Source of the DNA: an uncultured Actinomycetes bacterium
GTDB taxonomy: Bacteria; Actinomycetota; Acidimicrobiia; IMCC26256; JACDBD01
Direction of reading: 5' to 3'
Length of the DNA stretch: 64,000 bases
Assembly: GCA_963768605.1 (NCBI GenBank)
Contig: CAVYIP010000012.1
Location: 15,688 to 79,687, forward strand
Within the stretch, counting starts at the first letter, position 1. The number at the start of each line of letters is the position of its first letter. Positions 47,729-59,218 of the stretch are shown piece by piece. The notes below the pieces were generated by a model that worked only from the letters and a program-made list of their open reading frames with translations, ran no database searches and had not been told where the DNA came from. The translations under genes and the position numbers were made by a program.

Positions 47729-47777
47729 GATTCCGCCGGGCAAGCATTCGAGCCTTCGCCTTGCGAGACTGCGGGCC

Positions 47778-49046
47778 ATGGCGACCGAACTGCTCGACAT
47801 CGCGGACCGGCTGTGGCGTGGGGAAGCCGACATGGACCAGCGCCACCTGTTCGGCATGGGTGGCGCGCTGGCCGACCTCGGCGGCGACAACGCGTTCGTT
47901 GCCGCATTCTCGAACGTCGCCGCCTTCTCGACTGCCGAAGGGATGGTGCTCGTCGACACGAGCAGCCCGTTCCTGGCCGGGCGGGTGCACGACGTGCTGC
48001 GCGAGTGGCGCGCGAATCCGTTGCACACCGCCGTGTTCACGCACGGGCACATCGACCACGTCTTCGGTGTGGAGCGGTACGAGGCCGACGCCCGTGACGG
48101 CGGCGCTCCCCCGCCGCGCGTCGTGGCGCACGAAGCCGTCCCGCCCCGCTTCGACCGCTACATCGCGACCGCGGGCTACAACACCGACATCAACCGCCGG
48201 CAGTTCGGGATCGACCGGCTCGAATGGCCGACGGACTACCGGTATCCCGACGAGACGTACCGCGAAGCCCTGACGCTCGACGTCGGCGGTGTCCGCTTCG
48301 AGCTGCGGCACGCGCGCGGCGAGACCGACGACCACACATGGGTGTGGCTCCCCGACGCGCGGATCCTCTGTACGGGCGATCTGTTCATCTGGGCCTCGCC
48401 GAACTGCGGGAACCCGCAGAAGGTGCAGCGGTACGCGAAGGAGTGGGCCGTGGCGCTGCGGACGATGGCGGAACTCGGTGCCGAGACGCTGCTCCCCGGT
48501 CACGGCCTCCCGATCCTGGGCATCGACCGGGTGCGCGAGTCGCTCGAGAACACGGCCGAGCTCCTCGAGATCCTGCACGACGACACGCTGCGGATGATGA
48601 ACGCCGGCGCCCGGCTCGACGAGATCATCCATACCGTCCGCGCACCGCAGTCGCTGCTCGACAAGCCGTACCTGCGGCCGATCTACGACGAGCCCGAGTT
48701 CGTGGTCCGCAACGTCTGGCGGTACTACGGCGGTTGGCACGACGGGAACCCGGCGCACCTCAAGCCGGCGCCGGACGCGGCGGTCGCAGCCGAGGTCGCC
48801 GCGCTCGCCGGCGGGCCGGCCAAGCTGGCGGCTCGGGCGCGCGAGCTCGCCGCCGCGGGTGACCTCCGACTCGCCGGACACCTGGCCGAGTGGGCGGCAG
48901 CGGCTGCGCCCGAGGACACCGACGCCCAGCGCGCCCGTGCCGAAGTGTTCGAGGCCCGTGTGGCGGCCGAGGCGTCGACGATGAGCAAAGGCGTCTTCGG
49001 TGCCGCGGCGGCGCGAGTCGCGCGGAACATCGACGAGGACCGCTGA
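47778..49046 (+). CDS. MBL-fold hydrolase with alkyl-sulfatase dimerisation domain (no SCP2 tail)
   Basis: FTHGHIDHV (HxHxDH), GETDDH, PGHG, then YLRPIYDEPEFVVRNVWRYYGGWHDGNPAHL as in SdsA1/YjcS-type enzymes. Confidence 0.85.
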   Translation: MATELLDIADRLWRGEADMDQRHLFGMGGALADLGGDNAFVAAFSNVAAFSTAEGMVLVDTSSPFLAGRVHDVLREWRANPLHTAVFTHGHIDHVFGVERYEADARDGGAPPPRVVAHEAVPPRFDRYIATAGYNTDINRRQFGIDRLEWPTDYRYPDETYREALTLDVGGVRFELRHARGETDDHTWVWLPDARILCTGDLFIWASPNCGNPQKVQRYAKEWAVALRTMAELGAETLLPGHGLPILGIDRVRESLENTAELLEILHDDTLRMMNAGARLDEIIHTVRAPQSLLDKPYLRPIYDEPEFVVRNVWRYYGGWHDGNPAHLKPAPDAAVAAEVAALAGGPAKLAARARELAAAGDLRLAGHLAEWAAAAAPEDTDAQRARAEVFEARVAAEASTMSKGVFGAAAARVARNIDEDR

Positions 49047-49062
49047 GTACCCGGCCATTAGG

Positions 49063-49078
49063 CTGACGCCCTTGTCAG
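49063..49078. promoter_or_regulatory. 16-bp palindrome CTGACGCCCTTGTCAG overlapping the LplA-like gene start
   Basis: CTGAC-N6-GTCAG. The proposed TTG start (49072) lies inside the spacer/right arm. Confidence 0.5.
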
Positions 49079-49612
49079 AGACCTGGCGCTCGGTCGACTG
49101 CGGGGCCGTCGACGCGTTCGAGAACAACGCGCAGATGGCGGTGCTCGCCCGCTCCGCCACCGACGCCGCCCAGCCCATCCTCCAGACCAGCGTGTGGGGC
49201 GCCACGCACCTGAACGTCGGATGGTTCGACGACGTCGACGATTCCGTCCGGCGCGTGTCCTCCGAGCGCTTCCCGGCCGAGCACGAGGCCGCCGGCCGCC
49301 GCGTCGGGTTCGGGAACCACAAGGGCCGCAAGCTCTGCCGTGCCGGCGTCGCGCTCGACGGCGACGGCACGATCGCGGCGGCGATGATGGCGGGCGACAT
49401 GCACGTTTCGCCACCCGACACACTCGATCGGGTCGCAGAGGCGCTCGCCGGGGTGCACGCGTTCCGACGACGCCGAGCGGCGGGCACGGATCGTCTCGGT
49501 CTTCGAGGGGCCCGACGTCCACCAGGCCGACGCGACGACGGGCGTCACCACCGACGACCTGCTCACCGCCCTCCACAAGGCGGTCGACAATGCCAAGGAG
49601 GCTCCCGCGTGA
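49072..49612 (+). CDS. short lipoate/biotin protein ligase (LplA/BPL)-like protein; one apparent frameshift near 49457-49463
   Basis: TWRSVDCGAVDAFENNAQMAVLARS resembles the N-terminus of LplA-family proteins. AGVHA continues as SDDAERRARIVSVFEGPDVHQADATTGVTTDDLLTALHKAV in another frame. At about 180 aa it is much shorter than a catalytic LplA. Confidence 0.5.
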
Positions 49613-50425
49613 AGATCGAAGGCTCGACCGTTCTCGTCACCGGCGCGTCGTCGGGGATCGGGGCCGCGCTGGCGCCCCAGCTGGCGGAACGGGGCGCGAT
49701 CGTCGGCATCGTCGCCCGTCGGGCTGACCGCCTCGAGGAGGTGCTCGAGCAGTGCCGGCGGCACACGCCCGCAGTCGCGCATGTGGAGCGCCGACCTCGG
49801 CGACCTCGAGCGCGCCGAAGCGGTGGCGCTCGAGGCTTGGGATGCCTTCGGCCATCTCGACTGTCTCGTCAACAACGCCGCCATCGCCAAGCGCGTGCAC
49901 ACGCTCGACCTCACCGTCGAGGACGTGCACCACACGATGGACGTCAACTTCTTCTCGCCGATCCGCATGGCGATGGCTCTCCTCCCCCGCATGCACGAGC
50001 GCGGCGCCGGGCTCGTCGTGAACGTCTCGAGCATGGGGGGACGGTTGGGCATCGTGCACGAAGCGGCGTACTGCGCGGCGAAGTTCGCGATGTGCGGATG
50101 GAGCGAGACGGCGCGGATCGACCTCGCCGGCAGCGGCGTCGAGGTGAAGCTCGTCCTTCCCGGCCCGATCGCCACCGAGATCTGGGAGCCGCAGCCCGGC
50201 GAGCTCCCCGGGCTCTACGACGGGCCGTTCGTCTCGGCCGCCGACTGCGCCGCCGACATCGTCACCGCGATCGAGCGCGACGGGTTCGAGTTCTACGTGC
50301 CGGAGTCGGTCGAGGGTGGCTTCGGCGCCCAGAAGGACCTCGTGGTCGGCAAGACCCAGGACGTCGACGCGTTCACGGACCTGATGATCGCGATGAAGGA
50401 GTCATCCGCGGTCCAGCGGCCGTAG
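49609..50425 (+). CDS. short-chain dehydrogenase/reductase (SDR); one apparent frameshift near 49768-49772
   Basis: The GTG at 49609 overlaps the upstream TGA. VTGASSGIGAALA...CRRHTP | QSRMWSADLGDL...NNAA...YCAAKFA. Confidence 0.85.
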
Positions 50426-51247
50426 TCGCCGGCTCGCTTCGGGTGCGGTCGGGCTCCTCTTCCTGCTCCTCGTCCTCGTCTGTCCCTCGTCGTCGCCGTC
50501 CGCCGCCGGGATCGTCCGTGCGGGCGGCTCGGGTGTGTCGGTGGTGTCGGGGACCTCCATGACCCCCGCCTTGTGGGCACGCTCCAGCGCCTTCTCGGCC
50601 GCCCGACGCTGTCGCTCGGCCTCGGCCCGCAGGTCGGCCTCCGGGCCGATGTCGGGGCTCGCGGCTCGCACCACGAGCCGCTGGTGCCACCGTTCGCCGC
50701 GCACGCCGCCCAGCACCGCGCCGAGGATCATGCCGCCGAGCGCCACGGCGCCGCTCAAGACGCCCAAGCCGTACCACGTCGAGCCGTCCGTCGGCGCGCC
50801 GAGACTCTCGAGCCGATCGACGATCGCCGAGGTCGCCCCCTCGAGCTGAGCGACGGCGGCGACCGCCGCCAGGAGCACGACCCCGAACACGAGCACGAGC
50901 ACGCCGTTTCGAAATCCGGCCCGACGGGCCATGCGACCGGCCGTGTACCCGCCGAACGTGAATGCACAGAGGAACACCGCGGCGGCGACGAGCCCGGCGA
51001 TGAATCCGACCCGCTGCCAGTCGTCGTCGGAGAGGTTGTCGAGGGTGAACCCCATCGGGTGCAGGACCGCCGCAACGATCCCGATGCACGCCACGATCAC
51101 CCCGTATGCCACGAAGACGCCGGCGATCACGCTGCCCCACGACACCCCGCCCCAGCCGGCTTCTCGCGCCAGCTCGAGACGGTCATGCCTCCCCTCGACC
51201 CACATCTGCCGCTCGTCGCTGTCGGCCGTTTGGACACGACTGCTCAT
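50402..51247 (-). CDS. integral membrane protein, hypothetical
   Basis: Four hydrophobic segments (for example VIAGVFVAYGVIVACIGIVAAVL) followed by a charged tail with AEAERQRRAAEKALERAHKAG. 281 aa. Confidence 0.6.
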   Translation of the reverse strand: MSSRVQTADSDERQMWVEGRHDRLELAREAGWGGVSWGSVIAGVFVAYGVIVACIGIVAAVLHPMGFTLDNLSDDDWQRVGFIAGLVAAAVFLCAFTFGGYTAGRMARRAGFRNGVLVLVFGVVLLAAVAAVAQLEGATSAIVDRLESLGAPTDGSTWYGLGVLSGAVALGGMILGAVLGGVRGERWHQRLVVRAASPDIGPEADLRAEAERQRRAAEKALERAHKAGVMEVPDTTDTPEPPARTIPAADGDDEGQTRTRSRKRSPTAPEASRRLRPLDRG

Positions 51248-51318
51248 GGTCCCCAGATCCCCCTCCGCCCTCGGATGTCACGGCGAGGGTTCCCTCGGGA
51301 GGACGGTGGAAAACCCGA

Positions 51319-53586
51319 TCAGGCCGGTGCGGGAGTCGCCGACGCCTCGACCGTCACGGGGATGCCGTTCAGGACCGCGTTGCCCGACAGAGGATCGAAG
51401 AGGTCGCTGTCGGCGAGGAGGTTGCTGTTGACGCCGGGGCGCCCGGCGGCGACCGAGAGGTCGGCCCCGTCCACGCCGTGACCCCAACCGTGGGGAATGC
51501 TCACGACGCCCGGCATGATGGCGTCGGTCACCTCGACGGTCACTGCGACTTCGCCGCGGCGGGACCGGACGCACGCGCCGGCGCCGTCGACGACGCCCAG
51601 GCGGGCGGCATCCTCGGGATGGACGTGCAGGGTGCAGCGCTCCTTCCCTTTCACGAGGATGTCGAGGTTGTGCATCCACGAGTTGTTCGAACGCAGGTCC
51701 CGCCGCCCGATCAGCACCATCTCACCGTTCCTGCCCCGCGCGAGCGAGGCTCGCAGTCGGGTCACGTCCTCGGCGATCGGCTCGGGCGCGAGCTCGACCT
51801 TGCCGCTCGGCGTGCGGAGGACCTCGGGGATGCGGGGCTGCAGCGGACCGAGGTCGACGCCGTGCGGGGCCGCTTCGAGGACCTCGAGCGACAAGCCGGA
51901 CGGGTCGGCGCCGAAGCCGTCGCCGTAGGGACCGGTGCGGAGCATGAGGTCGAGGATGCGTTCGGGTCCGCGCCGCGACGAGAGCGCGGCGACGAGCTCG
52001 TCGGCGTCTCGACCTTCGACGTTGGAGCCGGGCCGCTGCACCGCCTTCTGCACCAGACCGGAGACCACGAGGTCGTCGAGTGCGGCGGGGTCGGCCGCCG
52101 CGCCCTCGCCGGCGGCGATGTTCGCGAGGCGCAGGAGGATCTCCGATTCCGCCATCTCGCCCGGCTCGAGGTCGACGACCGGGGGCGAGTAGTTGGCGAT
52201 GTTGCGGATCGAGAGTTGGTAGAACGCGAGGTCGTAGTGGCCGCGGGCGAGCACGCCCTCGGGCGGCAGGATCACGTTGGCGTGGCGCGTCGTCTCGTTC
52301 TTGTAGATGTCGACGCTCACCATGAACTCGAGTGATGCGAGCGCGCGGTCGAGTCGACCCGAGTCCGGCGTCGAGAGCACCGGATTCCCGGCGACCGTGA
52401 TCATCCCCCGCACCTGACCGTCTCCGGGTGTGTCGATCTCCTCGGCCAGGCAGACGACGGGGAGCTCGCCGAACAGCTCGGGCAGCCCGCGCACGCGACT
52501 GTGGCGGCGCCCGAAGCGCACGCCGCGCCCGACGCCGGGCGTGCCGCCGGTGTTCGCGCTGCCGGTGGCCGGCTTCGTGAACATGACGCCACCGGCGCGG
52601 TCGAGGTTGCCGGTGAGACAGTTCACGACGTCGACGAGCCAGCTCGCGAGCGTGCCGAACTCCTGGGTGCACGTGCCGATCCGCGCGTACACCGCGGCGC
52701 GGGGCGCGGCCGCGAGCTCGCGGGCGGTGCGGCGGATGGTCTCGGCGTCGATGCCACAGACCGGCGCCACGGCGTCGGGGCTGAAGTCACGAGCGAGCCG
52801 CTCGACCTGGTCGAGTCCGGCGACGTGATCGCCGACATCGCCCGTCGACACCAGCTGCTCGGCGAACAGCGTGTGCACGATCGCAAAGAGGAGATGCGCG
52901 TCGGTGCCGGGGCGGATGAACAGGTGCTCGTCGGCTTCCTCGGCCGTCTTCGATCGGCGGGGATCGACGACGACGAGCTTGCCGCCCCGGGCCCGGAGCG
53001 CCCGAATGCGTCCCGGATAGTCGGGCGCGGTCATGAGGCTGCCGTTCGACGCGAACGGGTTGGCGCCGAGCATGAGGAGGTGGTCGGTGCGATCGATGTC
53101 GGGGATCGGGATGCTCAAGCCGGTGCCGAACATGAGGCCGGCCGACACCTGCTTCGGCATCTGGTCGACGGTGCTCGCCGAGTAGAGGTTCCCGCTCCCC
53201 AGCGCCTGGATCAGGACCCGGTTGTAGAGCTGGCCGGCGAGGTTGTGGACGTTCGGGTTGCCGATGTACATCGCGACGGCGTCGCGGCCGTGCCGGTCGA
53301 GGATCGGCGTGAGGCCCCGCTCGACCTCGGCGAAGGCGTCGTCCCACGACACCTCCCGCCACGTGTCGCCCTGGCGCACCAGAGGTCGGCGCAGCCGGTC
53401 GGGGTCGGACTCGAGCTGCTTCAGCGCCGTGCCCTTCGGGCACAGGAACCCGTGGCTGAAGACGTCGTCGCGGTCGCCGCGCACGAGCGTGATGTCGCGT
53501 CCCTCGAGGCGCAGCTCGAGCCCGCACGTCGCTTCGCACAACGGGCAGGTCCGGTAGACGGTTCGGGTGTCACCGTTCGCCGTCAT
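51319..53586 (-). CDS. molybdopterin-dependent oxidoreductase (formate dehydrogenase / BisC-like catalytic subunit)
   Basis: N-terminal 4Fe-4S motif CPLCEATCGLELRL...FLCPKG. The molybdopterin-binding domains are intact across the 755-aa frame. Confidence 0.92.
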   Translation of the reverse strand: MTANGDTRTVYRTCPLCEATCGLELRLEGRDITLVRGDRDDVFSHGFLCPKGTALKQLESDPDRLRRPLVRQGDTWREVSWDDAFAEVERGLTPILDRHGRDAVAMYIGNPNVHNLAGQLYNRVLIQALGSGNLYSASTVDQMPKQVSAGLMFGTGLSIPIPDIDRTDHLLMLGANPFASNGSLMTAPDYPGRIRALRARGGKLVVVDPRRSKTAEEADEHLFIRPGTDAHLLFAIVHTLFAEQLVSTGDVGDHVAGLDQVERLARDFSPDAVAPVCGIDAETIRRTARELAAAPRAAVYARIGTCTQEFGTLASWLVDVVNCLTGNLDRAGGVMFTKPATGSANTGGTPGVGRGVRFGRRHSRVRGLPELFGELPVVCLAEEIDTPGDGQVRGMITVAGNPVLSTPDSGRLDRALASLEFMVSVDIYKNETTRHANVILPPEGVLARGHYDLAFYQLSIRNIANYSPPVVDLEPGEMAESEILLRLANIAAGEGAAADPAALDDLVVSGLVQKAVQRPGSNVEGRDADELVAALSSRRGPERILDLMLRTGPYGDGFGADPSGLSLEVLEAAPHGVDLGPLQPRIPEVLRTPSGKVELAPEPIAEDVTRLRASLARGRNGEMVLIGRRDLRSNNSWMHNLDILVKGKERCTLHVHPEDAARLGVVDGAGACVRSRRGEVAVTVEVTDAIMPGVVSIPHGWGHGVDGADLSVAAGRPGVNSNLLADSDLFDPLSGNAVLNGIPVTVEASATPAPA

Positions 53587-53624
53587 GCGCGTCGAGGTTA
53601 GCCACCCCGGATAGGGTCCGGACC

Positions 53625-54345
53625 GTGGCCGAGCGTCTCTACTTCCGCCAGCTGCTCGCGGGGCGCGACTTCGCAGGCGACGATCCCGTCGCCCGGCAGA
53701 TGGTCAACTTCGCGTACCTCATCGGCGACCGGGAAACCGGGCGACGCGCTGGTCGTCGACCCCGCGTACAGCGTGCGCGAGCTCGTCGAGACCGCAGCGG
53801 CCGACGGCATGCGCATCACCGGCGCGCTCGTCACCCACTACCACCCCGATCACGTCGGCGGCGATCTCATGGGCTACTCGATCGAGGGGGCACGCGAGCT
53901 TCTTGCGATGGACGATGTCGCCGCGCCGCTCCACGTGCAGCGGGCCGAGGCGCCAGGGGTCAAGCGCGTGACCGGCGCGTCCGACTCCGACCTCGTCTTG
54001 CACGACAGCGGCGACGAGGTCCGCGCCGGCGACGTGCCGATCCGGCTCCTGCACACGCCCGGGCACACGCCGGGCAGCCAGTGCTTCCTCGTCGACGGCC
54101 GCCTCGTCGCCGGCGACACGCTGTTCCTCGAGGGCTGCGGGCGCACCGACCTCCCCGGGGGCGACGCCGAAGCCATGTACGAGAGCATCACCCAGCGACT
54201 GGCCGCCGTTCCCGACGACACCGTCCTGTTCCCGGGTCACTTGTACTCCCCCGAGCCGTCCGCCACGATGGGCGAGACGCGCCGCCGCAACTACGTGTTC
54301 CGGTTCTCGACGCGCGATGCCTGGCTGTCGATGTTCGGAGCATGA
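53625..54345 (+). CDS. MBL-fold hydrolase (glyoxalase II-like); one apparent frameshift near 53738-53743
   Basis: NFAYLIGDRETG | DALVVDPAY...VTHYHPDHVGG (HxHxDH)...HTPGHTPGS...GDTLFLEGCGRTD. Confidence 0.85.
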
Positions 54346-54821
54346 GCATGACAAGGATCCGCACGGCGCTCGTGATTCCCGCAGCCTGCCTCGCTGCCAC
54401 GCTCCTCGTCGGCGCGTGCAGCAGTGCCAGCGGCTCCGACAGCGGCGGCGGGTCGAAGGCCAAGGCCGAGGTGAAGAAGTTCCTGAACGAGATCGACGCC
54501 GCCGCACGCGCCGGCAACGTCGACCTGCGCCTGGCTCGCCTCAATCCGGCCGTCATCGCCCGGTACGGCGAGCAGCAATGCCGCGACTTCCTCGCCGGTC
54601 AGCAGGACGCGACGCGCAAGGACAGGGTCAAGAAGGTCGGCAAGCCGGAGACGTTCGAGTACGCCACCGACACCCAGTCGACGACCATTGCGGACGCCCT
54701 GCCCGTCCAGGTGCGAGCAACGATCAAGGGCAAGAAGGGCGACCGCAACATCCACCTCGCGCGCGTGAACGGCCAGCTCACGTACTTCATCGACTGCGGC
54801 CAGCCGCTGCCGGCGCAGTAA
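54342..54821 (+). CDS. lipoprotein, hypothetical
   Basis: The ATG at 54342 overlaps the upstream TGA (ATGA). Signal and lipobox ACLAATLLVGACSS. 159 aa. Confidence 0.7.
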   Translation: MSMTRIRTALVIPAACLAATLLVGACSSASGSDSGGGSKAKAEVKKFLNEIDAAARAGNVDLRLARLNPAVIARYGEQQCRDFLAGQQDATRKDRVKKVGKPETFEYATDTQSTTIADALPVQVRATIKGKKGDRNIHLARVNGQLTYFIDCGQPLPAQ

Positions 54822-54834
54822 CGGCGGGAGCGGG

Positions 54835-56023
54835 TCAGCTCGGGTCGAAGACGACCGGGATCGAGTCCGGCCCCCGGAAGGCGAAGCCCTGGATCAACGG
54901 CGGCGGCGCATCCGGGTCGAGCCGCAGGTTCGGCAACCGCGTGAGGATCTCGTCCAGCCCGACCCGCAGCTCGAGGCGGGCGAGGTGCATCCCCAGGCAC
55001 TGGTGCTGCCCGGTCCCGAACGCGAGGTGGTTGTGCGCCGGGCGGTCGATGCGCCAGTCCCCGGAGGCGTCGTAGCGCGCTTCGTCGCGGTTGGCGGAGC
55101 CGGTGACCACGCTGATGGGCGCCCCCGCTTCCACCGGGCACCCGCCGATCTCGGCGTCGGTGGCCGCGACCCGGCTCACCTGGGTCACCGACGTCTCCCA
55201 GCGCAGGGTCTCCTCGATGACCGCCGGCATGAGGCTGCGGTCGGCGACGACCTCCGCCATCGTGTCGGGATGCGTCAACAGGGCGACGAGCGCGTTGCCC
55301 ATGACCCGATACGTGGTCTCGGCGCCGGCGGGCAGGAGCAGCCGGAGGAACCCGTAGATCTTCTCGTCGGTGAGCTGGTGGCCGTCGACCTCGGCGTGGA
55401 CGAGGTCGCTGATGAGGTCGTCACGAGGGTTGTGACGCCGGTCTTCGACGATCGGCTCGAGGTAGTCGCGCATCGCCCGCGATGCGGCGAGCCCAGTCGG
55501 GGGATCGAGCGGCCCCGTGTTGATCAGCTCGGCCCAGCGATGGAACTGGGCGCTGTCCTCGAGCGGCACGCCGACGATCCCGCAGATCACCTGCACCGGG
55601 TACTTCGACGTGATCGCCTGCGACGAGGTCGGCCCGGCCCATCGGCGCGATGTCGTCGAGGAGCCGGGTGATGGTGGGCCGGATCAGCTGCGCGTCCCAC
55701 CGCTCGAGCGCGGAGGCCCGGAACGCATGGGCGACGAGGTTCCGGTAGGCGCGGTGCTCGGCTACCGCCCATGGCCAGGATGAGCTCGCCCATGAACTGG
55801 CCGATGTGCTCGGCGTTGATCGACGACGAGAACGTCTTGCCGTCGCGCAACACCCGCTCCACGTCGTCGTACCGGGTGACGTGGTACGCCGGCCGATCCA
55901 CCATCCCGGTCTGGGTGTGGATGACCGGGCACTCCTGCCGGGCCCGCTCCCAGATCGGATACGGCTGCCCGGTCGCGAAGTCGACCTCGTACTCGAACTC
56001 TGGCTCCGTGACGGGTTCGGTCG

Positions 56024-56027
<4 letters not shown>
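54835..56027 (-). CDS. cytochrome P450; two apparent frameshifts
   Basis: The GTG at 56027 overlaps the ALDH stop (GTGA). ...GELILAMG | [14 protein letters not shown]...MGRADLV | [16 protein letters not shown].... EETLRW (ExxR) and [10 protein letters not shown] (heme Cys loop). Breaks lie near 55760-55766 and 55618-55622. Confidence 0.85.
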
Positions 56028-57488
<1,461 letters not shown>

Positions 57489-57533
57489 CTACCGCCGGGC
57501 GGCTGACCCGGCGACCGCGGACATCCCGCCCGG

Positions 57534-57977
57534 ATGTACGTCTTCTTCCCCGAGGCGGGGTTCATCGTCGGGACGGGCCCCTACGACCAGGTGCGCGGGT
57601 GGCTGCACGCCGACTCGCTCCGCTGGAGCTGGGGGTCGGTGCGCGGCCGCGAGGGCGACTGGCAAGGCGCGGTCGTGCGGCTGCCGGCGCCCGAGGCGCT
57701 CGACGCGCTCACCGCCGTCGGCTTCACCGGGCTCATGATCGACCGCGCCGGGTACGACGACCACGGCGCCGGCATCGAGGCCGAGTACACGCGCACCCTC
57801 GGGCAGGAGCCGCGGGTGAGCCCGGACGGCCGGCTGCTGTTCTACGACCTGCGGCGTGGGCTCGCGGCCTGCGTACACGACTCAGCAAGGCTGAGATCGA
57901 CGCGCTGCGGCGCAAGACCCTCGACCGCTCGGGCTCGCGCCGCCGGGCGCGCTCACGTGATCCGACGAGGACCCTGA
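57534..57977 (+). pseudogene. orphan C-terminal fragment of a larger envelope protein (possible sulfatase/LTA-synthase-like C-terminus), degenerate
   Basis: [29 protein letters not shown]...GFTGLMIDRAGYDD...RLLFYDLR is protein-like, but only 80 nt separate it from the ALDH start. A plausible continuation (WARGLRTRLSKAEIDALRRKTLD) lies in another frame. Confidence 0.35.
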
Positions 57978-57989
57978 CTACCCTGTCAG
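57974..57989. promoter_or_regulatory. 16-bp palindrome CTGACTACCCTGTCAG immediately upstream of the ACAD-FadD operon
   Basis: CTGAC-N6-GTCAG ends 2 nt before the ATG at 57992. Confidence 0.5.
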
Positions 57990-57991
57990 GA

Positions 57992-59218
57992 ATGTCGACG
58001 GGCGCCGCGGGCACCGATCCGTTCGCGGAGAACGAGGACCAGCAAGCGCTGCGGAAGCTCGCGCGCGACGTCGCCGAGCGCGATCTGGCGCCCAACGCGC
58101 GGCACTGGGACGAGACCGAGGAGTTCCCGGACGCGTCGTGGGACGCGTTGCGCAAGGCCGACCTGTTCGGCATCACCGTCGGCGAGCAGTACGGCGGCAT
58201 GGGCATGGGCGACATCGAGGCCGCCATCGCCCTCGAGGAGCTCGCCCGCGCCGACGTCTCGAGCGCGATCCTCGCCCAGCTCATCTACAACGGACCGCCG
58301 CGTGCGATCGAGCACCTCGGCAGCGACGCGCTCAAGGAGCGGTGGCTCCCGCTGGCGGCCAGCGGCGAGGCGCTGTTCTGCATCGGCATCAGCGAGAGCG
58401 AGGCCGGCTCCGCCGTGAACCACATGCGCGCCCGGCTCACTCCGGACGGCGACGGCTACCGACTCAACGCGTACAAGAACTACGTCACGGGCGGGCACAA
58501 GGCGGGCGCGTGCCTCGTGTGGTGCCGGTTCCCGGGCAGCGAGGGGTCGAAGGGCATCGGGGCGGTGGTCGTCGACCTGCAGTCCGACGGCGTGACCTGC
58601 GCCGGGACGCACGTGAAGATGGGCCTGCGGGGCACGAGCGAAGCCGAGCTCGCCTTCGACGACGTGTACGTGGGGCCCGAGGACGTGCTCCTCGAAGGAG
58701 ACCCGTCGAACAGCGATGCCTTCAAGACGCTGATCTCGCACCTCAACCACGAGCGGTGCGGGAACGCCGCCATGTGCGTCGGCGCCGCGCAGGGCGCGCT
58801 GGAGTACGCGGTGGGTTACATCAACGAGCGCGTCGTCGGCGGTCGACCGCTGGCGGAGCTCCAGGGGCTCCAGTGGAAAGCCGCCGACATGGCCACACAG
58901 CTCGACGGCGCCCGGCTGCTGCTCCTCCGGGCGCTGCACCTCGCCGGTCCGCACGGCACACCGCCCGCGCTCGAGACCGCGATGGCGAAGGCGGCCGCCA
59001 ACCTCGCCGCCAAGTTCGTGTGCGACGAGGCGATCCAGCTGCTCGGCGGCTACGGGTACAGCCGCGAGTACCCCGTCGAGCGCGCGTACCGCGACATCCG
59101 CGGCCTCTGCATCGGCGCCGGCACGGTCGAGATCCAGCGCAACTACATCGGCTCGCAGGTCGTGAAGGGTGCAACGAGCGTGAGTCCCGGCTGGCGGAAC
59201 CCGCTCGCCGGCGCGTGA
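57992..59218 (+). CDS. acyl-CoA dehydrogenase
   Basis: FGITVGEQYGGMG, CIGISESEAGSAV, and YRDIRGLCIGAGTVEIQRN. The 408-aa frame is intact. Confidence 0.92.
   Translation: MSTGAAGTDPFAENEDQQALRKLARDVAERDLAPNARHWDETEEFPDASWDALRKADLFGITVGEQYGGMGMGDIEAAIALEELARADVSSAILAQLIYNGPPRAIEHLGSDALKERWLPLAASGEALFCIGISESEAGSAVNHMRARLTPDGDGYRLNAYKNYVTGGHKAGACLVWCRFPGSEGSKGIGAVVVDLQSDGVTCAGTHVKMGLRGTSEAELAFDDVYVGPEDVLLEGDPSNSDAFKTLISHLNHERCGNAAMCVGAAQGALEYAVGYINERVVGGRPLAELQGLQWKAADMATQLDGARLLLLRALHLAGPHGTPPALETAMAKAAANLAAKFVCDEAIQLLGGYGYSREYPVERAYRDIRGLCIGAGTVEIQRNYIGSQVVKGATSVSPGWRNPLAGA

Noticed and set aside
47568-49487. 639-aa minus-strand ORF
   Set aside because: It is antisense to the MBL/alkyl-sulfatase-like gene and has an Arg/Pro/Gly-rich translation.
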